NCBI GenBank assembly: GCA_963663895.2
Contig: CAXXRD010000002.1
Coordinates: 672,001-736,000, forward strand
From: Dehalococcoidia bacterium
GTDB taxonomy: Bacteria > Chloroflexota > Dehalococcoidia > Bin125
DNA: 64,000 bases
Direction of reading: 5' to 3'
Position numbers and translations under genes: made by a program. Under the pieces are notes generated by a model, which did no database searches, had not been told where the DNA came from, and saw only the letters and a list, made by a program, of their open reading frames with translations. Positions within the stretch are counted from its first letter, which is position 1. Each line of letters begins with the position of its first letter. This document shows, one piece after another, positions 11,632-26,056 of this stretch.

Positions 11632-12294
11632 TTACTCCGCGCCCGAATCAGGAGCGGGGGAGGCCGCCGTGTCCGCGGCAGCGGCCGGTGGCGCGACGGG
11701 TTCGCCGGCGGGGGTGGCGGCAGCGACAGCGACGGCCGCCGCCGGAGCCGAGGCGGCGGGCGGTGAAACAACGGACGCGGACTCGTCGGGCAGCCGTCCG
11801 GCGATAGCAAGACGGCGACGACGCGCTTCGACCGGATCCCGCAATTGGCTGAGGCCGCTCATCGTCGCGTAGACCACGTTGATCACATTCTGCGACCCCA
11901 ACGACTTCGTGAGGACGTCCCGCACGCCCGCCGCTTCCATCACCGCACGCACGCCCCCACCCGCGATCACGCCGGTGCCGGGCGCAGCGGGCTTGAGCAT
12001 GACGCGGGCGGCGCCTTCCTTCACGGTAATCGGGTGCGGAAGCGTGCCGCGCTTCAGCGGCACCTTGATCATATTGCGCCGGGCGGCGCCGGCACCCTTG
12101 CGGATCGCCTCGGGCACCTCGTTGGCGCGGCCGATAGCGGCGCCAACCGACCCTTGCCCGTCACCCACGACCACGACCGCGCTAAAGGAGAAACGCCGTC
12201 CTCCTTTCACCACCTTGGCCACACGGTTGATCGCGACGACTTTCTCGAACAAGTCGCTTTCGGCGCCGCGGCGGGAAAATTGTGCCTGAACCAT
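11632..12294 (-). CDS. rpsE: 30S ribosomal protein S5 with Ala/Pro-rich tail
   Basis: [28 protein letters not shown]; start refined to ATG 12294. Confidence 0.97.
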   Translation of the reverse strand: MVQAQFSRRGAESDLFEKVVAINRVAKVVKGGRRFSFSAVVVVGDGQGSVGAAIGRANEVPEAIRKGAGAARRNMIKVPLKRGTLPHPITVKEGAARVMLKPAAPGTGVIAGGGVRAVMEAAGVRDVLTKSLGSQNVINVVYATMSGLSQLRDPVEARRRRLAIAGRLPDESASVVSPPAASAPAAAVAVAAATPAGEPVAPPAAAADTAASPAPDSGAE

Positions 12295-12304
12295 CAGTCC
12301 CTTC

Positions 12305-12679
12305 CTAGAGAGCCAGCCCGCCCTTGCGGGCTGCGTCGGCGAGCGCGCGAACACGCCCGTGATAACGATAGCCCCCGCGGTCGAAAACGACCTCGCGGAT
12401 CCCGGCCGCCGCGGCACGCGTCGCGACCCGCTGGCCCACGGCTTCCGCGGAGGAGATCTTGCCCTTACCCGTCACGTCGCGCAGATCGCGCTCGAGATCG
12501 GAAGCGGCCGCCAGCGTGACGCCGGCTTCGTCATCAATGATCTGGCAGTAAATATGCTGATTGGAGCGAAACACGGCGAGCCGCGGACGGACGGGCGTGC
12601 CGCGCACGCGGCGCCGGACCCGAGCGTGACGGCGCTGGCGGGCGGCATGCTGAGTCAGGCGGCGACGGCGATTTCCCAT
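12305..12679 (-). CDS. rplR: 50S ribosomal protein L18
   Basis: [27 protein letters not shown]. Confidence 0.97.
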   Translation of the reverse strand: MGNRRRRLTQHAARQRRHARVRRRVRGTPVRPRLAVFRSNQHIYCQIIDDEAGVTLAAASDLERDLRDVTGKGKISSAEAVGQRVATRAAAAGIREVVFDRGGYRYHGRVRALADAARKGGLAL

Positions 12680-12687
12680 GAACTTCC

Positions 12688-13233
12688 CTACCCCACCGCC
12701 CCAGCAGCGCTCTTGCCAGCCTTGCGGCGTACCCATTCACCAGCGTATCGGATTCCCTTGCCCTTGTAGGGTTCGGGGGGGCGAATCCGCCGGATCTCGG
12801 CAGCCTGCTGCCCGACAGCTTGCTTGTCGATTCCATGCACTCGGACGAGCGGGCCTTCGACCGCGAAATCGATACCCGGATTGGGGTCCAGCCGCACTTC
12901 GTGCGAGAAACCCACGCGCAAGACCAGCGTCTTTCCTTCGAGCTGCGCGCGGTAGCCGGTGCCGCGCACTTCGAGCGTCTTAGTGAACCCTTCCTTCACG
13001 CCGGTGACCATGTTGGCGATCAGCGCCCGCGTCAGCCCGTGCATCGCCCGGTGCAGCCGCTGATCGGACTCGCGCGCCACCTTGACGTAGCCGTCCTCAA
13101 GGGACACGCGCACCTTCGGCGGGAGCATTTGCGTCAAGTGGCCCTTCGGTCCGCTGACCTCGACGCGCGCACCGTCGATCACGACCGACACCCCCTCCGG
13201 GACTGCGATCGGTTGCTTGCCAATACGGCTCAC
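12688..13233 (-). CDS. rplF: 50S ribosomal protein L6
   Basis: [22 protein letters not shown]. Confidence 0.98.
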   Translation of the reverse strand: MSRIGKQPIAVPEGVSVVIDGARVEVSGPKGHLTQMLPPKVRVSLEDGYVKVARESDQRLHRAMHGLTRALIANMVTGVKEGFTKTLEVRGTGYRAQLEGKTLVLRVGFSHEVRLDPNPGIDFAVEGPLVRVHGIDKQAVGQQAAEIRRIRPPEPYKGKGIRYAGEWVRRKAGKSAAGAVG

Positions 13234-13252
13234 AGCACTTGCCTCACCATGA

Positions 13253-13657
13253 TTACCAGACGTAGCAGAGCACTTCGCCGCCGACGCGCTCTTGGCGGGC
13301 GCGCCCGCCGGTCATGACGCCGTGCGGGGTGGATAGGATGGCGACGCCAAGGCCGCCGAACACACGCGGCACCTCCCTGTTCTGGACGTACACGCGCAGG
13401 CCGGGCCGGCTGACGCGCTGGATTCCAGTGAGCACCGACTTGCCGTCATCAGCGTAGAGGAGCTCGATATCGATCTCGCGAATCGCCGCGGAGCGGACCT
13501 CGCGGACCTCATAGCCTTTGATGAAGCCTTCTTCTTTCAGGACATCGGCGAGCGCGACCTTGAGCTTGGAGGCCGGAACCAAGACGTGCTCATGGCGCGC
13601 GGCGAGACCGTTGCGGATGCGAGTCAGCATGTCGGCGATCGGATCGGTGACGGACAC
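13253..13657 (-). CDS. rpsH: 30S ribosomal protein S8
   Basis: DPIADMLTRIRN, SRPGLRVY, GGEVLCYVW. Confidence 0.98.
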   Translation of the reverse strand: MSVTDPIADMLTRIRNGLAARHEHVLVPASKLKVALADVLKEEGFIKGYEVREVRSAAIREIDIELLYADDGKSVLTGIQRVSRPGLRVYVQNREVPRVFGGLGVAILSTPHGVMTGGRARQERVGGEVLCYVW

Positions 13658-13669
13658 AGTGGCTCTCCT

Positions 13670-14218
13670 CTATCCGGCTCGTGCGAGCGGCATCCCGAGC
13701 AACTCCAGAAGGCGCCGGCCTTCCTCGTCGCTGAGAGCGGTAGTGACGATGTTGACTTGCAAGCCGCGGATCTGATCCACGGCAGCGTAATCGACTTCGG
13801 GGAAGATGATCTGCTCCCGCAGGCCGAGGCTGTAATTGCCGCGCCCGTCGAACGCGGTGCGTGCCACGCCGCGGAAATCACGAATCCTGGGAAGGGCAGC
13901 GTTGATCGTCCGATCGAGAAACTCCCACATGCGCTGGCCGCGGAGGGTGCACGTGACGCCGATCTGATTGCCTTCGCGGACCTTGAAGTTGGCGATGGAG
14001 GTTTTCGCACGGGTGATCACGGGCTTCTGGCCGGTGATGGTCGCCATGTCTTCCGCCGCGGCATCAAGGGCGCGCGCGTTACCCAGCGCCTCGCCTAGAC
14101 CGATGTTCACCACCACTTTCGTGACGCGGGGGACCTCCATCACGTTGCGATAATTGAACTCCCGCAGAAGGGCGGGGTGGACTTCCTCGTGGTACCGACT
14201 GAGTAGACGAGGGATCAT
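13670..14218 (-). CDS. rplE: 50S ribosomal protein L5
   Basis: [26 protein letters not shown]. Confidence 0.97.
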   Translation of the reverse strand: MIPRLLSRYHEEVHPALLREFNYRNVMEVPRVTKVVVNIGLGEALGNARALDAAAEDMATITGQKPVITRAKTSIANFKVREGNQIGVTCTLRGQRMWEFLDRTINAALPRIRDFRGVARTAFDGRGNYSLGLREQIIFPEVDYAAVDQIRGLQVNIVTTALSDEEGRRLLELLGMPLARAG

Positions 14219-14532
14219 CAGCTGATCTCCTCGTTGCAGCGCTTGCAAAAGCGGACCTTGGTGCCGTCGGGCCGGAAGCGGATACCGATGCGCGTTCGAC
14301 GGTTACAGCTCTCGCAAACGGGGGCAACGTTGCTGATCGCCAGCGGCGCCTCGACCTCAATGATTCCCGCCGGCGCGCCCAGCTGCGTGGGCCGGCGATG
14401 CCGTTTCACGATATTCACGCCTTGCACGATGACGCGCCCTTTCCGCGGCAAGATCTGGCGGACTTGACCCCGCTTGCCGCGGTCTTTCCCGGTGAGAACC
14501 TCGACGAGATCGTCGCGCGCGATGCGCTGCAT
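14218..14532 (-). CDS. rplX: 50S ribosomal protein L24
   Basis: KOW motif [24 protein letters not shown]. Confidence 0.96.
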   Translation of the reverse strand: MQRIARDDLVEVLTGKDRGKRGQVRQILPRKGRVIVQGVNIVKRHRRPTQLGAPAGIIEVEAPLAISNVAPVCESCNRRTRIGIRFRPDGTKVRFCKRCNEEIS

Positions 14533-14900
14533 CAGACGACCTCCGGGGCGAGCGACACGATCTTCATATAGTTCTTTTCACGGAGCTCACGAGCCACCGG
14601 ACCGAAGATGCGGGTGCCTTGCGGGTTAAAGCGATCCGAAAGCAAGACGGCCGCGTTGTCATCGAACTTGATGAACGAGCCGTCCGGTCGCCGGTAGCTC
14701 TTGGCAGTGCGCACGAGGACCGCCCGCACGACATCGCCCTTCTTGACTTCACGGCCCGGATCGGCCTGCTTGACGCTGGCGACGAACATGTCGCCCACGT
14801 ACGCGTAACGGCGGCGCGTCCCTCCCAGCACGCGGATGCACTTAATCATCCGTGCGCCTGAGTTATCGGCCACGCGAACGGCGGATTCTTGCTGGATCAC
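14532..14900 (-). CDS. rplN: 50S ribosomal protein L14
   Basis: [27 protein letters not shown]. Confidence 0.98.
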   Translation of the reverse strand: MIQQESAVRVADNSGARMIKCIRVLGGTRRRYAYVGDMFVASVKQADPGREVKKGDVVRAVLVRTAKSYRRPDGSFIKFDDNAAVLLSDRFNPQGTRIFGPVARELREKNYMKIVSLAPEVV

Positions 14901-15298
14901 GTCCCGGGCTCCTCGGGAGCGGCGGGCGGCGGGGCAGCGGCGGAGGGGGTCGCCGCCTCGGCGGCGGCGCGCGCTTCGGCGGTTTCCTCCGCGCGGAGGC
15001 GCGATGGAATGCCGGTCATCTCCGCATCGATCTCGCGCGGCTGGATCTCAGCGACTTCACGGCGCTCCAGCAATCGCACGACCCGCCAGTGCTTCTGCTT
15101 GGAAAGGGGGCGAGTCTCTTCGATCATGACCCGATCGCCGAGACGGCACACGTTCGTCTCATCATGGGCCTTGTAGCGGCGCCGGCGCCGCAGACTCTTC
15201 CCATACAGGGAATGCGCGACAACCCGCTCCACTTGGACAACGACCGTCTTGTCCATCTTGTCGCTCACCACGATTCCACTGCGCTGCTTTTTGGTCAT
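14897..15298 (-). CDS. rpsQ: 30S ribosomal protein S17 with Ala/Pro/Glu tail
   Basis: [23 protein letters not shown]. Confidence 0.96.
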   Translation of the reverse strand: MTKKQRSGIVVSDKMDKTVVVQVERVVAHSLYGKSLRRRRRYKAHDETNVCRLGDRVMIEETRPLSKQKHWRVVRLLERREVAEIQPREIDAEMTGIPSRLRAEETAEARAAAEAATPSAAAPPPAAPEEPGT

Positions 15299-15301
15299 GA
15301 G

Positions 15302-15703
15302 TTAGTCCTCGTCCCTTGCGGCGACGGGGACGTCCGCAGGATCGCCAAGATCGCTGGGATCGCCATCGTCCGGCGACGCTGCCGCGGGGGCTTCGGCCGC
15401 TGCCTTCTCCGCGGCAGCGCGCTCCTCCTGGGCCCGCCTCTTCTGCGGGGAGAGCGTGCGCTCGGCTGGAGCCGTGTCAGGCGCGAGCGCCACGCCACGA
15501 ATGTTCGCGAGCAGACGTTCGTGGCGGATGGTGCGGAGCCGTGCCAGCTGGCGGCGCGCCTTGCGGATCGCCATTGGATTGTTGAGCTGCCGCGTGCCTT
15601 TCTGGAAATGCAGGTTGAATACCTCGCGGTAGGCCTCGTTGATCGCCTCGGCGAGCTCTTCGTCGGTGAGTGCACGGGCTTCGGCGGCTAGGGGGTTCAC
15701 CAT
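15302..15703 (-). CDS. rpmC: 50S ribosomal protein L29 with C-terminal extension
   Basis: FNLHFQ..T.QL.N, IRKARRQLARLRT; position between rplP and rpsQ. Confidence 0.93.
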   Translation of the reverse strand: MVNPLAAEARALTDEELAEAINEAYREVFNLHFQKGTRQLNNPMAIRKARRQLARLRTIRHERLLANIRGVALAPDTAPAERTLSPQKRRAQEERAAAEKAAAEAPAAASPDDGDPSDLGDPADVPVAARDED

Positions 15704-15705
15704 CG

Positions 15706-16125
15706 CTAAATCACATCCGTGGAACGACCAACAAAGCGGGCGCGGATCGGGAGCTTGTGCGAGGCCAGCCGCAGCGCCTCGCGCGCGTCGGCCTCAGGGA
15801 TGCCGGCGATCTCGAACAGGATGCGCCCTGGCTTCACGACGGCGACCCAATGGTCCGGCGCACCCTTACCCTTGCCCATCCGCGTCTCGGCAGGCTTTTG
15901 GGTGACGGATTTGTCCGGGAAGACCCGGATCCAGACCTTGCCGCCGCGCTTGACGTGGTGCGTGATGGCGCGCCGCGCGGCTTCAATTTGCCGACTGTCG
16001 ATCCACGCGGCCTCGAGCGCTTGCAGCCCAAAGTCACCAAAGGCGACGGAATGCCCGCCCGACGCGAGCCCGCGCCGGCGGCCACGATGATGCTTGCGCC
16101 ACTTGACCCGCTTGGGCTGGAGCAT
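15706..16125 (-). CDS. rplP: 50S ribosomal protein L16
   Basis: MLQPKR.KWRK, QIEAAR, RMGKGKG. Confidence 0.98.
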   Translation of the reverse strand: MLQPKRVKWRKHHRGRRRGLASGGHSVAFGDFGLQALEAAWIDSRQIEAARRAITHHVKRGGKVWIRVFPDKSVTQKPAETRMGKGKGAPDHWVAVVKPGRILFEIAGIPEADAREALRLASHKLPIRARFVGRSTDVI

Positions 16126-16892
16126 CAGGAAGCCCCCAGCGGCGGATTGGCGGGCGAAGAAGAGGCCGCTGCCTCGCCCGGGACGAACGTTTGGGCGACG
16201 GGGGACGAAGCCGGCGGCGGTACCGCGTGCGCAGGACCCGTAGCCTCCTCTTCCTCCGCCGCACCCTCACCCGCCATCTCGCCCCGGTATATCCAAACCT
16301 TCACGCCGATGCGGCCGAAAACGGTGCGGGCTTCGGCGGTGCCGTAGTCGATGTCCGCGCGAAGCGTATGCAGCGGAACCTGCCCCGTCATTTCAGTAGC
16401 GCGCCGTGACATCTCGCTACCGCCGAGGCGGCCAGCTACGATGATCTTCACGCCCTTGGCCCCTCGCTGCATCGTGCGCTGCGCGGCCTGCTTGATGGCG
16501 CGGCGGAAGGCGATGCGCCGCTCGAGCTGCTCGGCGACGTTGCGTGCGACCAAGCGGGCATCCATCTCGGGGACACGGATCTCCTGAATGTTGACACGGA
16601 TGCGGCGACCCGTGGTCTTCTCCAGCATGGTCCGGAGTTCATCGACCTTCTGGCCGCCCCGGCCGATGACGATGCCGGGCTTGGCGGTATGGATCGTCAC
16701 CGAGCCTTGGTTCGCGTTGTTCTCGATCTCAATGCGAGACACGCCCGCATCGCCGAGCGACTTGTTGATCGCATCCCGGATCTTACGGTCCTCGGCCAAG
16801 AGATGCGCGTAATCTTTCTCGGCATACCACTGGCTCTGCCAGGTGTAGATCGTGCCGATGCGGAAACTCGTCGGGTGGACTTTCTGACCCAT
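16125..16892 (-). CDS. rpsC: 30S ribosomal protein S3
   Basis: [25 protein letters not shown]. Confidence 0.98.
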   Translation of the reverse strand: MGQKVHPTSFRIGTIYTWQSQWYAEKDYAHLLAEDRKIRDAINKSLGDAGVSRIEIENNANQGSVTIHTAKPGIVIGRGGQKVDELRTMLEKTTGRRIRVNIQEIRVPEMDARLVARNVAEQLERRIAFRRAIKQAAQRTMQRGAKGVKIIVAGRLGGSEMSRRATEMTGQVPLHTLRADIDYGTAEARTVFGRIGVKVWIYRGEMAGEGAAEEEEATGPAHAVPPPASSPVAQTFVPGEAAASSSPANPPLGAS

Positions 16893-16895
16893 CGG

Positions 16896-17234
16896 CTACT
16901 CCCCGTCGTTCGAGACGACTACGGTGATGTGGCTCGTGCGGCGGTTGATCCGACCAACACGGCCCCGGGCCCGCGGCTTGTAGCGCTTCAGCGTACGGGC
17001 ATCGCCCGCGCGAGCGTTTGCGACGCGCAGGGAATCGCGCGCGAGATCGTAGTTGTTCTCCGCGTTGGCAACGGCAGCCTCCAGAACCTTCGTCACGATG
17101 CGCGCGCCCGGCTTGGGCGTAAACCGCAGCGTCACCAGCGCCTCCTCCACGTCCAGACCCGCGATGCCCTGCAGGATCAGCCGCGCCTTCCGGGGCGAGA
17201 GAGGCGCGTACTTGGCTGTGGCGGTGACTTGCAT
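16896..17234 (-). CDS. rplV: 50S ribosomal protein L22
   Basis: SPRKARL, ANAENN, PRARGR, TSHITV. Confidence 0.97.
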   Translation of the reverse strand: MQVTATAKYAPLSPRKARLILQGIAGLDVEEALVTLRFTPKPGARIVTKVLEAAVANAENNYDLARDSLRVANARAGDARTLKRYKPRARGRVGRINRRTSHITVVVSNDGE

Positions 17235-17239
17235 GACAG

Positions 17240-17524
17240 CTAGCTCACGCGTGTGGTGCGATCGGAGCGGCCGCCGTGCCCGCGGAACGTGCGCGTGGGG
17301 GCGAACTCACCCAGCTTGTGACCAACCATGTTCTCGGTCACGAAGACGGGAATGTGGCGGCGGCCATCGTGGACCCCGATGGTGAGGCCCACCATCTCGG
17401 GCATGACGGTCGAAGCGCGCGACCACGTTTGAATCACGGTCCGCGCGCCACTCTTGCGGACGGCCTGCACCTTCCTGAGCAGCTTCGCGTCGACGTAGGG
17501 GCCCTTCTTGGTGGAGCGCGACAT
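17240..17524 (-). CDS. rpsS: 30S ribosomal protein S19
   Basis: [29 protein letters not shown]. Confidence 0.98.
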   Translation of the reverse strand: MSRSTKKGPYVDAKLLRKVQAVRKSGARTVIQTWSRASTVMPEMVGLTIGVHDGRRHIPVFVTENMVGHKLGEFAPTRTFRGHGGRSDRTTRVS

Positions 17525-17535
17525 CGGCAACCTCC

Positions 17536-18372
17536 CTAGCCGCGCCTGCGGCGGCGGCGCACGATGTGCTTGTCGGACGGCTTGCGCCCGCGCGTGCGGT
17601 AGCCCAGCGTCGGCCGGCCCCAGGGGGTCTTGGGCCCATCCAGGCCGATCGGAGCTTTACCCTCGCCGCCCCCGTGCGGGTGATCGGCGGGGTTCATGGC
17701 GGAGCCCCGCACCTGGGGGCGGCGGCGGCGATGCCGGTTGCGGCCCGCCTTGCCCAGCTTGATGTTGTTGTGCTCCACGTTCCCGACCTGGCCGACGGTG
17801 GCGTAACAGGCGCTGCGAACGCGGCGCATCTCCGTCGAGGGAAGACGGAGCAGCGTGTAATCGCCTTCCTTCGCCATGATCTGTGCGACGGTCCCCGCGC
17901 TACGCACCATCTGCGCGCCCTTTCCCTCTACCAGCTCCACGCAGTGGACTTGCGTCCCAGAGGGCATGCTGCCCAGCGGCAGCGCGCTTCCCGGCCGGAT
18001 CGGTGAGCCCGGCCCCGTGTGAATCGCGTCGTTCACGGCCAGACCCAGCGGCGCCAGGATGTAGCGTTTCGCGCCGTCCTCGTAGTAGACGAGCGCGATC
18101 CGAGCCGAGCGGTTGGGATCGTATTCGATCGCGCGGACACGTCCGACCACGCCGACGCGGTCACGCCGCTTCCAATCGATGATCCGGTACCTGCGCTTCG
18201 GCCCGCCGCCACGATGCCGAACCGTGATCTTGCCGCGGTTGTTACGTCCCGCCTGACGCTTCAGCGGCGCCAGCAGGCTCCGCTCCGGTCGCTTCCGCGT
18301 GATCTCCGTAAAGGTGTAGCCGGATGAGCCGCGGCGGCCGGGAGAAGTCGGCTTGAACTGCTGAATGGGCAT
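17536..18372 (-). CDS. rplB: 50S ribosomal protein L2
   Basis: [29 protein letters not shown]. Confidence 0.98.
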   Translation of the reverse strand: MPIQQFKPTSPGRRGSSGYTFTEITRKRPERSLLAPLKRQAGRNNRGKITVRHRGGGPKRRYRIIDWKRRDRVGVVGRVRAIEYDPNRSARIALVYYEDGAKRYILAPLGLAVNDAIHTGPGSPIRPGSALPLGSMPSGTQVHCVELVEGKGAQMVRSAGTVAQIMAKEGDYTLLRLPSTEMRRVRSACYATVGQVGNVEHNNIKLGKAGRNRHRRRRPQVRGSAMNPADHPHGGGEGKAPIGLDGPKTPWGRPTLGYRTRGRKPSDKHIVRRRRRRG

Positions 18373-18374
18373 CG

Positions 18375-18671
18375 CTACACGCCTTCGAACAGCTTGATAT
18401 CGTAGCCTTCGGCCAACGTGACAACGGCCTTCTTGCGTGCTGGAGCCGTCCGCCGCCGGCGGCCGTACCCCTGCTCCCGGCCTTTCACGATCATCACATT
18501 GACCCGCTTCACCGCCACATTGAAGGCGATCTCGACCGCCTCCTTGATCTGGATCTTGTTGGCGCGGGGATCGACCTCAAACACGTACTTGCCCAGCTCC
18601 GTGAGCTCCGTGCTCTTCTCGGTCAAGATCGGGCCACGCAGCACCGCGTAGGGATGCAGCTCCTTGGGCAT
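18375..18671 (-). CDS. rplW: 50S ribosomal protein L23
   Basis: [25 protein letters not shown]. Confidence 0.96.
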   Translation of the reverse strand: MPKELHPYAVLRGPILTEKSTELTELGKYVFEVDPRANKIQIKEAVEIAFNVAVKRVNVMIVKGREQGYGRRRRTAPARKKAVVTLAEGYDIKLFEGV

Positions 18672-19348
18672 CAGCGCTCCCCTTCCGCGTCGACGGACGA
18701 GGGTGCGCTTCTCAGGCGCGCCCGCTCGCCGCCCCAGAGAGACTCCGCACGCCGCACGGCCGCCTCGGTCATGACGACGTAGTCGTGCTGGATCAAGACC
18801 TCGACATTCAGGACGTCCGCCGGCAGGCAGTTCATCTCGGGCAAGTTGCGGATGCCGAGCATCAGATCGGGATCGACGGACGGCGTGACGATCAAGCCCC
18901 GGCGGTCGACGCCGAGCGCCCCAAGGATCTCCCGCACGGCGGCGGTTCGGGCGGGAAAGGCAACGGCGTCGTCGAGGACGAGCAAGCCGCCCTCCGCCGT
19001 GCGCTGGGAGAGCAAGGATCGAATGGCGAGCCGGCGCATGCGCTTCGGCAGCGCCTGGCGATAGGAGCGTGGGTGGGGACCGTGGGCCACGGCGCCGCCG
19101 CGGCGGACAGGGGACGACGCGGTCCCTTGGCGGGCGCGTCCCGTTCCTTTCTGGCGCCGCGTCTTGGCCTTAGAGGCACGCACGGTGCTGCGCCTTCTGG
19201 TGTCATGGGTCCCTTGCCGCTTGTTGGCCTGCATGGCCAAGAGCGCCTGGTGCACGACGCCGAGGTGGGGATCGATCCCGAAGACGGCGTCATCGGCCTC
19301 GATCTCGCGCTGCTTGGCGCCGCTGGCGTCGACGACGGCGAGTTTCAT
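18671..19348 (-). CDS. rplD: 50S ribosomal protein L4
   Basis: RQGTH, RQKGTGRARQG, GP.PRSY. Confidence 0.96.
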   Translation of the reverse strand: MKLAVVDASGAKQREIEADDAVFGIDPHLGVVHQALLAMQANKRQGTHDTRRRSTVRASKAKTRRQKGTGRARQGTASSPVRRGGAVAHGPHPRSYRQALPKRMRRLAIRSLLSQRTAEGGLLVLDDAVAFPARTAAVREILGALGVDRRGLIVTPSVDPDLMLGIRNLPEMNCLPADVLNVEVLIQHDYVVMTEAAVRRAESLWGGERARLRSAPSSVDAEGER

Positions 19349-20007
19349 GAGCGCCCCGCCGATCCGTGCCGCGTGTGCCGAACGGTCACGATCTGATTGG
19401 GCGGTCCGGGCACGGACCCGTTCACGAAGATCAATCCCCGCGCAGGATTAATCCGGATCACCTCCAAATTGAGGACCGAGCAGCGCCGGGCGCCCTGGTG
19501 ACCGGCCATCTTGGTGCCCTTGTACACACGCCCAGGGGTCGTGCCCGCTCCAATGGATCCCGGAGCGCGGTAGCGATCGCTCTGGCCATGCGTCTTGGGA
19601 CCCCCACGGAAGCCGTAACGCTTGACAACGCCGGCGAATCCCTTGCCTTTCGAGGTGGCCGCGACATCGACGCGGTCTCCGACGTTGAAGAGATCGGACA
19701 CCGTGAACGTCTGGCCGACCTTTAATTCCTCGTAGCTGCCGGGCTCGGCAGGAAACTCGGCCAGGTGGCGCAAGGGGCCGTTCGAACCGCTGTGGCCCCG
19801 CTCCGCCTTGGTGAGCTTCCACTCCGCAGTGCGTTCAAAGCCCAACTGCACGGCCTGGTAGCCGTCGCGCGTTTCGGTCTTGATCTGGGTAATCGCGCAG
19901 GGGCCGAGCTCCACGACGGTGCAGCCTGTCACGCGGCCATCGTCGGCGATGAGCTGCACCATCCCGAGCTTCTTGCCAATGAGTCCTTCGACGGCCACGG
20001 CACTCAC
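19345..20007 (-). CDS. rplC: 50S ribosomal protein L3
   Basis: GKKLGM, DGY.AVQLG, SKGKGFAG, GPKTHG, GSVPG. Confidence 0.97.
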   Translation of the reverse strand: MSAVAVEGLIGKKLGMVQLIADDGRVTGCTVVELGPCAITQIKTETRDGYQAVQLGFERTAEWKLTKAERGHSGSNGPLRHLAEFPAEPGSYEELKVGQTFTVSDLFNVGDRVDVAATSKGKGFAGVVKRYGFRGGPKTHGQSDRYRAPGSIGAGTTPGRVYKGTKMAGHQGARRCSVLNLEVIRINPARGLIFVNGSVPGPPNQIVTVRHTRHGSAGRS

Positions 20008-20017
20008 AATCTTCGCC

Positions 20018-20326
20018 CTAGAGCTTGATCTCGATGTCGACGCCGCTTGGGAGCTGGAGTCGCATCAGGGTATCCACGGTCTTGCCAGACGGTTCGAAGA
20101 TGTCGATCAAGCGTTTGTGAGTGCGCATCTCGAACTGCTCACGGGAGTCCTTGTCGATGAAGGGTGAGCGGATCACCGTGTAGCGCTGGATCCGCGTTGG
20201 CAATGGGACCGGCCCTGCGATCTCGGCACCGGTCTGTTCGGCGGCCTCGACGATCTGGCGCGCACTCTGATCCAGAATGCGGTGATCGTAGGCCTTCAGC
20301 CGGATGCGGATCTTCTGACGCGCCAT
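20018..20326 (-). CDS. rpsJ: 30S ribosomal protein S10
   Basis: [30 protein letters not shown]. Confidence 0.98.
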   Translation of the reverse strand: MARQKIRIRLKAYDHRILDQSARQIVEAAEQTGAEIAGPVPLPTRIQRYTVIRSPFIDKDSREQFEMRTHKRLIDIFEPSGKTVDTLMRLQLPSGVDIEIKL

Positions 20327-20333
20327 AGGGGGG

Positions 20334-21533
<1,200 letters not shown>

Positions 21534-21571
21534 GATTGCTCCTCCCCCGGCGGCGGTTCGCCAGCCGCTCT

Positions 21572-23635
<2,064 letters not shown>

Positions 23636-23720
23636 TAATTCACCTACTGCTCATTCGCTCGCGATCCGTCTACCTCTCCCACATGATTCCCGCCCGACAA
23701 GTCGAGCGGACCCGTGCCGG

Positions 23721-24191
23721 CTACCAGCGGTAGTGCACGAACGCACGGTTGGCTTCCGCCATCCGGTGCGTGTCCTCCCGGCGCTTCACCGCGGCGCCGG
23801 TATTGTGATAAGCGTCCTCGATCTCGGCCGCGAGCCGCTGCGCCATCGCCATGCCCTTGCGCGCGCGCGCGGCGGTGAGCAGCCAGCGGATAGCGAGAGC
23901 GTTGCGCCGGTCGGCCCGGATCTCGACCGGAACCTGGTACGTGGCCCCGCCAACCCGGCGGGGCTTGACTTCCATCTGCGGCGTTACATTCCGCAGCGCC
24001 TGCAGGAAGACCTCTAACGCATCCTGCCGGGTACTCTCGCCGACGCGGTGCAGGGCCTGGTAGACGATGCGCTCGGCCGTGCCCTTCTTGCCCCGCTGCA
24101 TGACGCGGTTGATCGTCTGCTGCACAGTGGCATTGTTGTAGCGGGGGTCGGGATCAATCCTGCGTCGTTCGGGGCGGTTGCGCCGGGGCAT
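23721..24191 (-). CDS. rpsG: 30S ribosomal protein S7
   Basis: RRVGGATYQVP, HRMAEANRAF; start refined to ATG 24191. Confidence 0.98.
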   Translation of the reverse strand: MPRRNRPERRRIDPDPRYNNATVQQTINRVMQRGKKGTAERIVYQALHRVGESTRQDALEVFLQALRNVTPQMEVKPRRVGGATYQVPVEIRADRRNALAIRWLLTAARARKGMAMAQRLAAEIEDAYHNTGAAVKRREDTHRMAEANRAFVHYRW

Positions 24192-24234
24192 GATGTCGTG
24201 TCCTTCAACGGTCGCACCCGACCGTGGGGCCGCC

Positions 24235-24663
24235 CTAGGCGGTGACGGGAGCCTCGCTCCTGCGCGTGCCGTACTTGGAGCGCCCGCGCTTACGGTTCGC
24301 AACGCCCTGCGAGTCGAGGGCACCACGAACGACGTGGTAGCGCACACCCGGGAGGTCCTTGACGCGCCCGCCACGAATCAAGACGACGGAGTGCTCCTGC
24401 AAGCTGTGCCCCTCTCCGGGGATATAAGCCGTGACTTCAATGCCGTTGGTGAGCCGGACACGGCAGATCTTGCGGAGCGCCGAGTTCGGTTTCTTCGGAG
24501 TGACCGTGCGGACGGCGGTGCACACGCCGCGCTTCTGCGGCGATCCGCGGCCCGTGTGCGTCCGATTGGTGAGTGCGTTGTGAACAAAGCGGAGGGCAGG
24601 CGCCTTGGTTTTCTTCGTAACAGGCTTGCGCCCCTTGCGCACTAGCTGATTAATCGTCGGCAC
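24235..24663 (-). CDS. rpsL: 30S ribosomal protein S12
   Basis: [25 protein letters not shown]; GTG start at 24663. Confidence 0.98.
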   Translation of the reverse strand: MPTINQLVRKGRKPVTKKTKAPALRFVHNALTNRTHTGRGSPQKRGVCTAVRTVTPKKPNSALRKICRVRLTNGIEVTAYIPGEGHSLQEHSVVLIRGGRVKDLPGVRYHVVRGALDSQGVANRKRGRSKYGTRRSEAPVTA

Positions 24664-24818
24664 AATAGCCCTCTCAACCACGCAACCGCGGTGGTCCTGG
24701 ACACGAGAAAAGGCCGAAAGCCGACCGGAGAACCTGCCACGAACTTCCGATCGCAGCGGTCTTCGCCGGAGAACGGCTTCGGCCCCACGCCCTCGGTGAG
24801 GCGCTGACTTGGTTCTCC

Positions 24819-24848
24819 ACTCTACGGATCGAGGAAAAACCGTGTCAA
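24819..24848 (-). promoter_or_regulatory. sigma70-type promoter of the rpsL supercluster
   Basis: Minus strand TTGACA-18nt-TAGAGT about 155 nt upstream of rpsL. Confidence 0.65.
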
Positions 24849-24900
24849 GGCAGCGAGTACGCAGTTCGCCAAGACTTTTGGGATCTCGGCGCAGGCTCCG

Positions 24901-25815
24901 TCAAACGCCGGCGTAGGAGTGGAGCCCGCTGATCCAAAGATTCACGCCCAGATAGGTGAATAGGACCGCAGCGAATCCACCGATCACGATCCAAGAGCCC
25001 CGCGCGCCCTTGAGTTGCCGGACCCCCCGCGTGTGCAGGTAAGCAGCGAAGATCAGCCAAGTGACCAGGGCCGCGGTCTCCTTGGGGTCCCATCCCCAAT
25101 ACCGGCCCCAAGCATCGTTGGCCCAGAAGGCCCCCAGGGCGACCCCGGCCGCCAAGAGCGGGAATCCTACCAGAACAGACCGATACGTGAGCTCGTCGCA
25201 CCGGCGCGCCGGGGGGAGCCAATCGAAGCGCCGCCCCGCGCTGCCTTGGAGTATGTGCATCACCGCCGCGCCAAAAGCGACCGCAAGCACCGCGTAGGCG
25301 AGGATCATCAGGGCCACGTGAATGGTAAGGAGGGTGGGGCTTTGGAGCGCCGGCACCAACACCTCCTGCCCCTCCGAGGGGAAGGCGATGGCGCTGGCAT
25401 AGAGCCCGAAGGAGACCGGCATCACAAAGGCGCCAAGGATCCGCGTGCCGAACCGCCGCTCGGCAAGGACGTACATCAGAGCGATGGCGAAACCGAACGC
25501 CATGGAGAACTCGAAGAGGTTGGAGTAGGGAGCGTGATCAAGGGCGATCGTGCGGACGATGAGTCCCGCTCCGCCAAAGGCCACGGATGTCCACGCCGCG
25601 AGGGAAGCGACGCCGCCGACGGTGCGGGAGCGTTGCCGACGGGACGGCGACCCGACCCCCGCCGCCACCGTCAGCGTGCCGGCGCTCGTGGCAGCGATGC
25701 CCGGGATGGAAAGAACGGCGAGACGAGGCTGCATGGCGTAGACGACGTATACCGCCGCTGAAACGCCCGCCGCGACTAGTCCCGACCAAAGCAGGTAGAG
25801 TGCCGTGTCCTCCAC
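24901..25815 (-). CDS. ccsA: cytochrome c biogenesis system II protein CcsA/ResC
   Basis: WWD motif GAFWANDAWGRYWGWDPKET, IHV, C-terminal GLHSYA. Confidence 0.93.
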   Translation of the reverse strand: MEDTALYLLWSGLVAAGVSAAVYVVYAMQPRLAVLSIPGIAATSAGTLTVAAGVGSPSRRQRSRTVGGVASLAAWTSVAFGGAGLIVRTIALDHAPYSNLFEFSMAFGFAIALMYVLAERRFGTRILGAFVMPVSFGLYASAIAFPSEGQEVLVPALQSPTLLTIHVALMILAYAVLAVAFGAAVMHILQGSAGRRFDWLPPARRCDELTYRSVLVGFPLLAAGVALGAFWANDAWGRYWGWDPKETAALVTWLIFAAYLHTRGVRQLKGARGSWIVIGGFAAVLFTYLGVNLWISGLHSYAGV

Positions 25816-26056
25816 CGCGTGCCTGCCCTAGATCCTTTCGCTCTCGGCGCCGCCCTTGCGTCCAGCGCCGCCGTGACGTGAACCCGCTCTCGCCTCGGTT
25901 CCCTTGGCTCCCCAACAGGATACGGGAGCATCTTGAGGCCAGCGTACCCGACTCGCCGCCATAAACGCTGACCTGCCTCCCGTCAGCGCGCGCCTGGCCC
26001 GGTTCGACCGCTATCGACCGGACCGATCAGTGCGGCAGGACTTTATGGGCACTTCC

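Noticed and set aside
25816-26056. Short minus-strand ORF from ATG ~25962 and a CGCTGAC/GTCAGCG hairpin upstream of ccsA
   Set aside because: Peptide looks like random GC-rich translation and no known RNA motif was recognised.
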